Positions 1 to 7,646 of a DNA stretch of 55,322 nt are shown one piece after another. The notes under the pieces are model-generated. The model made no database searches. It was not told where the DNA came from and was given only the letters and a program-made list of their open reading frames with translations. The position numbers were made by a program, and so were the translations under genes. Each line of letters starts with the position of its first letter. The stretch's first letter is position 1. This DNA comes from an uncultured Candidatus Saccharibacteria bacterium (GTDB taxonomy: Bacteria; Patescibacteriota; Saccharimonadia; Saccharimonadales; AWTP1-31), in contig CAZTPC010000006.1 in NCBI GenBank assembly GCA_964615565.1, forward strand, positions 1-55,322, given 5' to 3'.

Positions 1-2
1 TT

Positions 3-350
3 CGAGTATACCAATATGGTCGATTGCAAGCTGGGCTTGAAATGCGGAGAGTACACGAACCCGTAATTAAGGATGAAGATCAGGGTTCGAGCGTCGGGAA
101 CCAAGATGATCCAGGAGCGCCCAAAGAGCCAGTTAGATGGATACGTGCGTTCAGGGCAATAGACCCAGCTGAAATAGTCGCCGTAAAAGAAGGTGAAGAA
201 CCAGTTCTCTTTGAAGAGACTGGTAATCGCGCCAGCCTGACCATTGCGAAACTCGAAGAGATAGACCCCGCTGCTGCAGCGGTTGTCGCTGCAGTTTCAG
301 CCGACATGGATCGATTACTACTGGAATCGTTCAACGCTATTGGTAGTTAG
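3..350 (+). CDS. hypothetical protein, probably 5'-truncated by the window edge
   Basis: Frame is open from nt 3 to the TAG at 348-350. The only in-frame start inside the window is a TTG at 24. Acidic, with no motif I recognise. Confidence 0.3.
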   Translation, partial: RVYQYGRLQAGLEMRRVHEPVIKDEDQGSSVGNQDDPGAPKEPVRWIRAFRAIDPAEIVAVKEGEEPVLFEETGNRASLTIAKLEEIDPAAAAVVAAVSADMDRLLLESFNAIGS

Positions 351-367
351 TTACCGCGCTTCCCCTC

Positions 368-376
368 TGTTATAAT
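368..376 (+). promoter_or_regulatory. extended -10 promoter element (TGtTATAAT) for the ATPase gene
   Basis: TG at 368-369 and TATAAT at 371-376. AAGGAG Shine-Dalgarno at 384-389, then the TTG start at 397. Confidence 0.5.
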
Positions 377-396
377 AAGCTCAAAGGAGATTTACT

Positions 397-2265
397 TTGA
401 AGAAGATTGTTAAAAATATTGTTGGTTTTTTCAAAGAATATAAGCAATTCGGGTTTGTTCTACTGAGCGTTATTGCGGCGTTGATATTCCAGATAGCAGG
501 GATGGAGCGTGTTGGACATATTATTCTCATTGCTAGTGCTCTAATTAACCTGATTCCATTAGTGTGGGGGATGATTCAGGACTTACGGGTTGGCACATAC
601 GGCGTAGATATCTTAGCTGCGACTGCAATTCTCAGCAGTGTTTTGTTTAAAGAATACTGGGCAGGTATGGTTATTGTCTTCATGCTTACCGGTGGTGAAG
701 CACTAGAAGATTATGCCGAGAACAGAGCTCAGGCTGAGTTAACTGCCCTTCTCGACCGAGCCCCAGCAAAAGCCCATGTACTTCGTGGTCGCAAAGAAAT
801 AGATATTGCAGCTGCAAAAGTTGTTGTTGGCGACAAAGTTATTGTTAAAGCTGGAGAAGTTGTACCAGTTGACGGCGAGATTATCGAAGGAACTTCTGAC
901 TTTGACGAGTCAAGCTTAACTGGTGAGAGCCTACCAATTGCCAAAAAGGTTGGCGATCAGTTGATGAGTGGCTCCGTAAATGCCAATGGCGTTGTAACAA
1001 TTAAAGCTTCACACACTGCCGCAGATAGCCAATACAGCCAGATTGTAGCCCTAGTTAAATCCGCACAAAATAGTAAGGCGCCATTTGTCCGTATGGCTGA
1101 TCGCTTTGCCGTGCCCTTCACTCTCATGGCATTCACTATTGCACTCGGTGCCTGGGCTATTAGTGGCGATTCACTCCGGTTCCTACAAGTACTTGTTGTT
1201 GCCACCCCCTGCCCGCTCATCCTAGGCGCACCGATTGCGCTTATCTCTGGCATGAGTCGTGCAGCTAAGCATGGAATCATCATTAAGAACGGCGGCGCAT
1301 TAGAGCAACTTGCAGCTATCAAAACTCTTGGCTTCGACAAGACCGGCACCCTAACAAAAGGCTTCCCTATCGTTCAAAAAGTGACTGGCTATAATGGTTA
1401 CAAGCGTGCAGATGTCCTGCATTACGCGGCTAGTGTTGAGCAAGGCTCAAGCCATATTCTAGCTGTTGCAGTTGTTAATGCAGCGGCTAAAGATAAGGTT
1501 AAATTATCCAAAGCCAAGAACGTAACCGAGCAACCTGGAAAAGGTTTGTCATCTGTGGTTGGTGGTAAATCCGTACATGTCGGCCGCTTAGATTTACTTA
1601 AGCAACAGGGTGTTCCATTGCCCGCGAATCTAGATATTAAGAAGATCCAGAACACCGCCGCCTACGTTTCAGTAGACAATAAGCTTGCCGGTATCATTAC
1701 ATTCGAAGATGAACTTCGTCCAGAAGCTAAGCAGACTCTAGCCAGGCTCAAGCAATATGGCATGAAGCACCTCATGATGGTGACTGGCGACAATAAAGCC
1801 ACTGCCAATAGTATTGCTAAGAAAGTTGGTATCACGGATCTAACAGCCGATGCGCTACCCGCAGATAAACTATTTGCCATCGAACAAGCGCAGCATCGTC
1901 CTATTGGCTTTGTTGGTGACGGTGTTAATGACGCGCCCGTACTCACCGCTGCGGATGTTGGTATTGCTCTAGGCGCACGAGGGTCTTCTGCAGCCAGTGA
2001 ATCTGCCGATGTGGTGATCATGCTTGATGATCTCAGTAAAGTAGCCACGAGCGTCGGTATCGCCAAGAAGACCATCCGTATTGCACGACAAGCTATCATG
2101 ACTGGAATCATCCTAAGTATCATTCTGATGTTTGTCTTTGCTAGTGGTAAGTTTGCACCAATCTATGGCGCAGCTATCCAAGAGCTGGTAGATGTTGTAG
2201 TGATTATCTATGCACTACGCGCGCACAGTGAATGGCGTGAGCCAAAACTCAAAGCAGTCAAATAG
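397..2265 (+). CDS. P1B-type heavy-metal translocating P-type ATPase (no N-terminal metal-binding domain)
   Basis: DKTGTLT phosphorylation motif, GDGVNDAP hinge, TGES-like 'LTGESLP', and transmembrane motif 'ATPCPLILGAP'. Starts directly with TM helices and has no CxxC domain. Confidence 0.9.
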   Translation: MKKIVKNIVGFFKEYKQFGFVLLSVIAALIFQIAGMERVGHIILIASALINLIPLVWGMIQDLRVGTYGVDILAATAILSSVLFKEYWAGMVIVFMLTGGEALEDYAENRAQAELTALLDRAPAKAHVLRGRKEIDIAAAKVVVGDKVIVKAGEVVPVDGEIIEGTSDFDESSLTGESLPIAKKVGDQLMSGSVNANGVVTIKASHTAADSQYSQIVALVKSAQNSKAPFVRMADRFAVPFTLMAFTIALGAWAISGDSLRFLQVLVVATPCPLILGAPIALISGMSRAAKHGIIIKNGGALEQLAAIKTLGFDKTGTLTKGFPIVQKVTGYNGYKRADVLHYAASVEQGSSHILAVAVVNAAAKDKVKLSKAKNVTEQPGKGLSSVVGGKSVHVGRLDLLKQQGVPLPANLDIKKIQNTAAYVSVDNKLAGIITFEDELRPEAKQTLARLKQYGMKHLMMVTGDNKATANSIAKKVGITDLTADALPADKLFAIEQAQHRPIGFVGDGVNDAPVLTAADVGIALGARGSSAASESADVVIMLDDLSKVATSVGIAKKTIRIARQAIMTGIILSIILMFVFASGKFAPIYGAAIQELVDVVVIIYALRAHSEWREPKLKAVK

Positions 2266-2266
2266 C

Positions 2267-3040
2267 TCAGTCAAAAGCGCCAAAGACACGGTTCTCGTTG
2301 TCGTATTCTAGCGGATGAGTAGCGTGCATCGTACCAGGCTGCATGGTTGCGAGCCTCTGTGTTACTGCTTCAACAACTGTGTACTGCCCTGGCGGGTTAT
2401 GACCTTCGGGCCAAGACACAAGGTTCATTGCCATATCCACAAGCCCAACTGATGCTTGCTTAAGAATAGGTGCCACAAATCTCGAAGCGACAGACTCGGG
2501 TACTAGCTTGTCATCTGCAACGCCGGGTATCCTCTGAATGAGCCTTAGTTCACTCAAGGGGATAGTTAAGCTACCATCAATCATCAATGTTCCTCGGCCA
2601 GTAACAGCGATTACAGAACGAGGGGACTCCAGTACTGTAGGGTCATAAGATAAACTTAGGTCTCCTGCGGATCGTAGTAATTCGATGTCTGCATGCCAGC
2701 CGCTAAATGAACGCGCTGTTGTTTCTGGGCCAACTGCAAGCAAGCCAGTAGTAATCTTTCGGCCGGTTGTCTCAGACGCTCTCTCGCAAGCCTCTTCCAT
2801 AAGCACTGCGACTTCATCACGAACGGCTGGATCGATAGGACCGTAGTCTTCGCGCAGACCACTGCCTACCACGAATCGAACCGCATTGCGGTATAAGGGA
2901 TTTAGTGGGACACGTGGATCACGCAGAATCGTTGAGACCATTGATAGTACCCCACTTAATCTTGGGTTATACGGATGGACTTCACCTGCATGCGACTCAA
3001 AAGTATGTGAGCGAATGCGATTCTTCAACAAAAAAGGCAT
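2267..3040 (-). CDS. hypothetical cytoplasmic protein (HxD...GxGT...THP motif series)
   Basis: 257-aa ORF with no TM segment. TATTAT box at 3048-3053, 7 nt upstream of the ATG. See the finding on similarity to 52552-53295. Confidence 0.6.
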   Translation of the reverse strand: MPFLLKNRIRSHTFESHAGEVHPYNPRLSGVLSMVSTILRDPRVPLNPLYRNAVRFVVGSGLREDYGPIDPAVRDEVAVLMEEACERASETTGRKITTGLLAVGPETTARSFSGWHADIELLRSAGDLSLSYDPTVLESPRSVIAVTGRGTLMIDGSLTIPLSELRLIQRIPGVADDKLVPESVASRFVAPILKQASVGLVDMAMNLVSWPEGHNPPGQYTVVEAVTQRLATMQPGTMHATHPLEYDNENRVFGAFD

Positions 3041-3055
3041 AACGTCAATAATACA

Positions 3056-3688
3056 CTAGATAAGGCCGTTTGCAATGACTGCAACCAGTAGGGGGATCAA
3101 TATATTATCCGTTCCATAGACCCCTACATTTTCTACGAGTGCCAAGAATGGCGGCATGGCCAACATTACTGGCCATATAATTTCTGTGGGATGGTAGTGG
3201 TTAAAAACCGCGAACAACAGGAAAGAGACGGCTATGAACGTGCCAGTGCCTACAAGACTCTTGGTTGTCCCAAGTACTTTGTATTGTGATTTCTTGCCGA
3301 ACTCCGTACCAATCAGCCCTGCCAGCCCGTCGGCAATACACATATGGAGTACCGCAAGGGCGAACACCCAAGGCTGTTTGGCCACTACAGCCGTCGTTCC
3401 TAAGCCAACGGCATAAAAGATATCGCCCCAGGTCTTGCGTTTTACGTCTGTAATGGCATGAAAAATATGGAACTTATGAGACAGCGCTACGCCAATTAAC
3501 ATCGCCGCGCTAAGTAACTGGATCTCGCGGAATGACAAGAAGTACAGCCAGTAGGCTACGTAGCTGCCAATGATGATATGCAGCAGTTTGCGGGCAGGCT
3601 CGCCCCTAAGAATATGAGTACGCCACAAAATTTCAGACAAGAATAACAATAGTGCGACTGGTCCAGTGGCCAGGGCGAGTTCAAACAT
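3056..3688 (-). CDS. polytopic membrane protein, CTP-dependent polyprenol/dolichol kinase (CdsA/DolK/VTE5-like) family
   Basis: Multiple TM helices and the motif 'CIADGLAGLIGTEFGKK', typical of the phosphatidate cytidylyltransferase/dolichol kinase superfamily. Start moved to the ATG at 3688 because a TACAAT box (3695-3700) lies 6 nt upstream; the ORF-track start at 3718 is a TTG. Confidence 0.55.
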   Translation of the reverse strand: MFELALATGPVALLLFLSEILWRTHILRGEPARKLLHIIIGSYVAYWLYFLSFREIQLLSAAMLIGVALSHKFHIFHAITDVKRKTWGDIFYAVGLGTTAVVAKQPWVFALAVLHMCIADGLAGLIGTEFGKKSQYKVLGTTKSLVGTGTFIAVSFLLFAVFNHYHPTEIIWPVMLAMPPFLALVENVGVYGTDNILIPLLVAVIANGLI

Positions 3689-3720
3689 AAGTTTATTGTA
3701 CACCTGTCCTTGGGCCAATG

Positions 3721-4116
3721 TTAGCTATCGTGAGTAGATAACATGACCGAACCGACGACACTAGCCACAGCAACAACCTTAAGCAGACGAGCGCATGCTT
3801 CAACAAAATGCACTCGATCGGCTACCATAGGGCTATTTAGTCTGTCGGCAAGTGACTCGGCATTTGAAAATATTGCTGGGTCATTAGAGAGCTCAACGTC
3901 GGGATCTCTCTGTCCAGTTACAATCATGTCTTCGCCAACAAGCGGTATTCGATGCAAATGGACATACCCGGAATCACCAGAACCATATGGGTGGTATTCT
4001 GCACTACTAAAAAAGCGGAGGAGGTACGGCCCACGATAGGCCGCATCTCTTTCCGCTAATGTCAGTGACTGCCCAGGTAGTATTTGATCGAGGGTGCGTC
4101 GCAACCCCAACTTCAT
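3721..4116 (-). CDS. hypothetical protein with C-terminal hydrophobic helix
   Basis: 131-aa ORF, tightly packed after the stop of the upstream gene (4118). C-terminal 'LLKVVAVASVVGSVML'. Confidence 0.5.
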   Translation of the reverse strand: MKLGLRRTLDQILPGQSLTLAERDAAYRGPYLLRFFSSAEYHPYGSGDSGYVHLHRIPLVGEDMIVTGQRDPDVELSNDPAIFSNAESLADRLNSPMVADRVHFVEACARLLKVVAVASVVGSVMLSTHDS

Positions 4117-4117
4117 G

Positions 4118-4579
4118 CTATTTACTCTGTCCTACTGCGTCAGTGTTGAAGTTCACACCAGTTGTGTATGCATTCCATAATGCTTCTTTAGCAGATGTGA
4201 GTTTATTGGCTTGATCTACAAACTTCTTGGCGGTAGCTTCTTTTACTTCTACGGCTTGGCCAGTATTAATCTGAGGCGATCCAGCTTCTTGTGTGAGCCA
4301 TGTCTCTGCCGCAATAACCTTTGCATTGCTGAACTTAAGCTTGTTCTTCTTGGCGTAGGTCTGTACTGCTTTACGTGCCAATTTGCTGTATGAGTCACCG
4401 CTTTGGGCAACGTACTTATAAACCACTTCTTTAGAGGCAGTTGTCGTTTTGGCTGCTGCTGGTTTTGTCTCAGCATGAGCAATAGCAACTGGCGCAAATG
4501 CTGCAACTCCGAGCATAGTCGAGATGGCATAAATGCCAGACAGAACCAAGGTTGCTAGTTTCTTACTTAATTTAGTCAT
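4118..4579 (-). CDS. secreted hypothetical protein (signal peptide, LysM-like segment)
   Basis: N-terminal 'MTKLSKKLATLVLSGIYAISTMLGVAAFAPVAIAHA' signal peptide. The 'YVAQSGDSYSKLARK' stretch resembles LysM. GAGGG Shine-Dalgarno upstream. Confidence 0.6.
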   Translation of the reverse strand: MTKLSKKLATLVLSGIYAISTMLGVAAFAPVAIAHAETKPAAAKTTTASKEVVYKYVAQSGDSYSKLARKAVQTYAKKNKLKFSNAKVIAAETWLTQEAGSPQINTGQAVEVKEATAKKFVDQANKLTSAKEALWNAYTTGVNFNTDAVGQSK

Positions 4580-4682
4580 GAGTACCCTCTCTTATTCCCG
4601 CATATGGGACCCACCCATGTTACGTTAATGCTTTAATTCTACACCACAATTTTACTTCGGCTAAAGTTTTATGTCGTAATAT

Positions 4683-5750
4683 TTACCTTGCTTGAGAGTC
4701 TTGCAAATCAGGACGACAAGCTCTTGCAGCTGAAACAAACTCATCCTCAATTTTCATACCCTTTGACACGGATCGCATAATTGACGGTAGCCGTCGGAGA
4801 GTCCTCAGCCTACCACCTTTGCTAATAAGCTTTTTGTCACTATATTGTTTTCGTCTACTATACCCATTAGCATCCCGAGACATCTCCCGGAGTCGGTCAC
4901 GTGTACCTGTATCCATTCTGGAAACGGCTCGAAGAACGGTAGCAGCAGATTGCAAATCGGCATTCTGCTCACGGTTATGTCCAATGGCAGCATCAATTGC
5001 AACTGCGGCCATAATCGTATCCACCTGAGAAGGTTCAAGATCATCGAATCGGGGCAATACCCCGTATCGCATCATCTTTACCACTACGTTTACAACACGG
5101 TCTTCATAGAACTCATTTGTAAATACCCTGGTAACATTACCTCCTAGTTCTCTGACAGCTACACTCAGCTCTCTGTGGCCTGCGCCGTACAGCACCGCCA
5201 GCTGTTTTGGCTTGCCATCCTTACCAAGGCGGTTAGCGACAACTGCCAACTGGCGTAGTGTCAAATCTTCACGCTCGACCATGTAGCCGGCGTCGTGTGC
5301 GATCATATCACGAACATACTCATCACCTTCGTACAGTCGGTGACTGAATGCGCTTTGCGATAACTCATCGTCATCTTTAGTTCTCCCGGCATAATCATCA
5401 ACCAAGTATATTCTCGGTCTCTTAGGTAATCCTGCTATCATCTCGACTTTCTTCCTAGAGAATCTAGAGTAGCCATCGATGTACTGTACTTCGTCTTCTG
5501 TGGCGATACCCTGGACAATATGGTTCGCAGCCTTTTCGAACCGCTTGCCTGCTTGATGTTGATTTAGGCCTTCAGGAGTATCAATTCCGGCCATCTCCCA
5601 TGTGATCGCATCTGCACCTACCAGGTGAGGTGCTACCTTGGGTATGTTTGCAATTGTGTGCGCCCAATACACAAACTTAATCTCCACATTTTGTGGAAAT
5701 CGTAAACGTTCGTTGTCTCGAACAATATCTAGTTCTTGTGCGGCGCTCAT
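4683..5750 (-). CDS. hypothetical protein (weak TraB/TIKI/ChaN-like GxxH motifs)
   Basis: 355-aa ORF. 'YWAHT' and 'LYGAGH' loosely resemble the GTxH/GAxH motifs of the TraB/TIKI superfamily; I have low confidence in this function. Driven by a consensus promoter at 5760-5788. Confidence 0.65.
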   Translation of the reverse strand: MSAAQELDIVRDNERLRFPQNVEIKFVYWAHTIANIPKVAPHLVGADAITWEMAGIDTPEGLNQHQAGKRFEKAANHIVQGIATEDEVQYIDGYSRFSRKKVEMIAGLPKRPRIYLVDDYAGRTKDDDELSQSAFSHRLYEGDEYVRDMIAHDAGYMVEREDLTLRQLAVVANRLGKDGKPKQLAVLYGAGHRELSVAVRELGGNVTRVFTNEFYEDRVVNVVVKMMRYGVLPRFDDLEPSQVDTIMAAVAIDAAIGHNREQNADLQSAATVLRAVSRMDTGTRDRLREMSRDANGYSRRKQYSDKKLISKGGRLRTLRRLPSIMRSVSKGMKIEDEFVSAARACRPDLQDSQAR

Positions 5751-5759
5751 AAAGAAAAT

Positions 5760-5788
5760 ATTCTAACAGTTTTTGTGCTCTGTGTCAA
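5760..5788 (-). promoter_or_regulatory. consensus sigma70-type promoter, leaderless configuration
   Basis: On the minus strand: TTGACA (5783-5788), 17-nt spacer, TAGAAT (5760-5765), then 9 nt to the ATG at 5750. No Shine-Dalgarno. Confidence 0.65.
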
Positions 5789-5845
5789 TCACTTAACTGA
5801 GGTAGTCTCTGCCGCGAAAACCATCCCACGTAGCACTTGCCAACT

Positions 5846-5868
5846 AAAAAGAGCCTCCGAAGAGACTC
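5846..5868 (-). terminator. intrinsic terminator downstream of tRNA-Pro
   Basis: Minus-strand RNA is GAGUCUC-UUCG-GAGGCUC followed by UUUUU (7-bp stem including one G-U pair). Confidence 0.6.
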
Positions 5869-5876
5869 GTTCTAGA

Positions 5877-5953
5877 TGGTCGGGGTGAAAGGACTCGAAC
5901 CTTCGACCTCGCGGTCCCAAACCGCGCGCGCTAGCCAACTGCGCCACACCCCG
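5877..5953 (-). tRNA. tRNA-Pro (anticodon TGG), CCA encoded
   Basis: Folded by hand into a 77-nt cloverleaf: acceptor CGGGGTG/CACCCCG, D stem GCGC/GCGC, anticodon stem CGCGG/CCGCG with loop TTTGGGA, T arm GAAGG-TTCGAGT-CCTTT, discriminator A, then CCA. Confidence 0.9.
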
Positions 5954-6008
5954 AGGTGTGAATAACTAAGCCATTATACCTGTTTTACTTCGGTGAGTAC
6001 AGTCTAAT

Positions 6009-6731
6009 TTAGTCAATGCGGTAAAAACGGCTACTGAGGAGCTTCTGGAAAGGCACCCAAATTTCTTTGGCTTTTTTATGCGTGAGCGTACTGAGCTTGG
6101 CAAGTATAAGCAACAGCATGGTTAAGCCAGTGCACAATAGCGCTGCAACAACGCGTAGTAGCAAACTGTCCCCTGTGTCGAGAAACATGACGAATGACAG
6201 AGTGATCGAGAAGAGCATTAAGATAATCATCCACTCGTTTGAGAATACCTTGTTGTTTAGCTGCATGCTCAGATTGGTCCTGTTCTGCTGATTAGTAACA
6301 AGCTTTTCCAGCAGGCTGTCCATCTGAGGCTTTTCCTTACCTTTGTACTCCATAGCAAAGGTTATGAGTTTCTCGTACGATGTTTCGGCAAACTTACGGT
6401 GACCGCGAATGTTGCCCTGCATGTAGTGCGTAAACATCGTCTGCAAGTTTGTGCGGAGCTCTTTTGGCAGATCTTTGGTCATGAGCACCATGGCAAAGAT
6501 AGCATTTGATTCTGCGCGGACAATCCTGTGTAACTCTTCTATGCGAGCTTTTTGGGCAGCAAGAATTGGCGAGATATAAAAACCATATAGGAATGAGTTC
6601 ACTGAGAAAAGGGTGAGTGCTCCACCTTCGAATGCATGACGTGGCAGAATGACCGCTAAGGCAAGATAGACCACAAAGAAAATTACAAAAAACCAACTGA
6701 GGCGAATACGAGCAAGGATTGAATGTTGCAT
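6009..6731 (-). CDS. hypothetical integral membrane protein
   Basis: 240-aa ORF with two N-terminal and two C-terminal TM helices flanking a soluble region. TAGAAT at 6739-6744 lies 7 nt upstream of the ATG. Confidence 0.6.
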   Translation of the reverse strand: MQHSILARIRLSWFFVIFFVVYLALAVILPRHAFEGGALTLFSVNSFLYGFYISPILAAQKARIEELHRIVRAESNAIFAMVLMTKDLPKELRTNLQTMFTHYMQGNIRGHRKFAETSYEKLITFAMEYKGKEKPQMDSLLEKLVTNQQNRTNLSMQLNNKVFSNEWMIILMLFSITLSFVMFLDTGDSLLLRVVAALLCTGLTMLLLILAKLSTLTHKKAKEIWVPFQKLLSSRFYRID

Positions 6732-6764
6732 TGCTTACATTCTACCAACTAAGCATAAGCGTGA

Positions 6765-7364
6765 TCAACTGTTCTTTGTAAACCAGTCGGGTGGAGGAAC
6801 GTCGAATCTGACTTCTGCAATACTCGATATCTTTTCTTCTGGCAAAATATCTGGGTATTTCATCCGATACACTGATGCAACCGAGCCAAACACAGCTGTC
6901 TCCCACTTCTTGCCCATGTCCTCGGCAACTTTGCGAATAGCCGCTTCGCTGGGGCCTTCGATCTCGATATATGGGTCTATCCAGGGCCACTGATCTATCA
7001 TTATCTGGCAGTCACCCAACTTCCAGGTCTCACGCTTTGTTTCTTGCACTGAGAATTTGAACATGCCCATAGCCTCAAAGATCGCCACCGTGTCTTCGTA
7101 TGAGCTAACCGTTGTCTCGATCTCTTGAGCGCCGTGTAAGTTTCCTTCCTCTAGGCTTTTGAATGTCAGGCTAACGTGATCGCCTTCGTCGCGAATGCGT
7201 ATCCATGAGTTCTGCTTTCGCATCAACCTTCTGTCAGGATAGTCAAAGAGAGTTCGATTCATATCTTGCATGGGCAGTGCACACACAGCTCCTAGTGACT
7301 CAAGTTTTTGTCTTGTTCCCTCAATATCTACATCAAGGAAAATAGCTTCTATTTCTTCAACCAT
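6765..7364 (-). CDS. CYTH-domain protein (CyaB-like class IV adenylate cyclase / triphosphate tunnel metalloenzyme)
   Basis: N-terminal 'EIEAIFLDVD' (ExExK-like), 'WIRIRDEG', 'ETKRETW' and C-terminal 'YIEIEG' follow the CYTH strand pattern. Start set to the ATG at 7364, which has a GGAG 5 nt upstream; the track start at 7370 is a GTG. Confidence 0.7.
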   Translation of the reverse strand: MVEEIEAIFLDVDIEGTRQKLESLGAVCALPMQDMNRTLFDYPDRRLMRKQNSWIRIRDEGDHVSLTFKSLEEGNLHGAQEIETTVSSYEDTVAIFEAMGMFKFSVQETKRETWKLGDCQIMIDQWPWIDPYIEIEGPSEAAIRKVAEDMGKKWETAVFGSVASVYRMKYPDILPEEKISSIAEVRFDVPPPDWFTKNS

Positions 7365-7390
7365 AGACACTCCATCTTTTAGTTACAAAG

Positions 7391-7588
7391 TTACTTGTCT
7401 TTGTCGAGTGGGCCAGCGCCGGCAAACTGTGTGCCAACACCAAAGACCGCACCGAGTAAGAAGATGACGATACCGACAATAATCTTACTGAGAATCGCAA
7501 TGACTACGGCAACTACCAACAGAACTACAACCGACGCAATAACTTGCTTGGATCGATTTTCTTTTGGAGGAATGTCAAAGTCTGCCAT
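7391..7588 (-). CDS. small membrane protein (65 aa, two TM helices)
   Basis: Hydrophobic 'VIASVVVLLVVAVVIAIL' and 'IVGIVIFLLGAVFGV'. TAGAAT at 7596-7601 lies 7 nt upstream of the ATG, which supports expression. Confidence 0.55.
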   Translation of the reverse strand: MADFDIPPKENRSKQVIASVVVLLVVAVVIAILSKIIVGIVIFLLGAVFGVGTQFAGAGPLDKDK

Positions 7589-7646
7589 TGATTACATTCT
7601 ACAATGACAGACTGTTTGACGCTATGACCATTATTACAAAAGTTAC

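Noticed and set aside
729-2123. Four antisense ORFs (71-153 aa) inside the P-type ATPase gene
   Set aside because: They lie entirely within a confidently identified gene on the opposite strand. Their composition is Ser/Ala/Arg-rich, typical of antisense frames, and I saw no promoter or Shine-Dalgarno.
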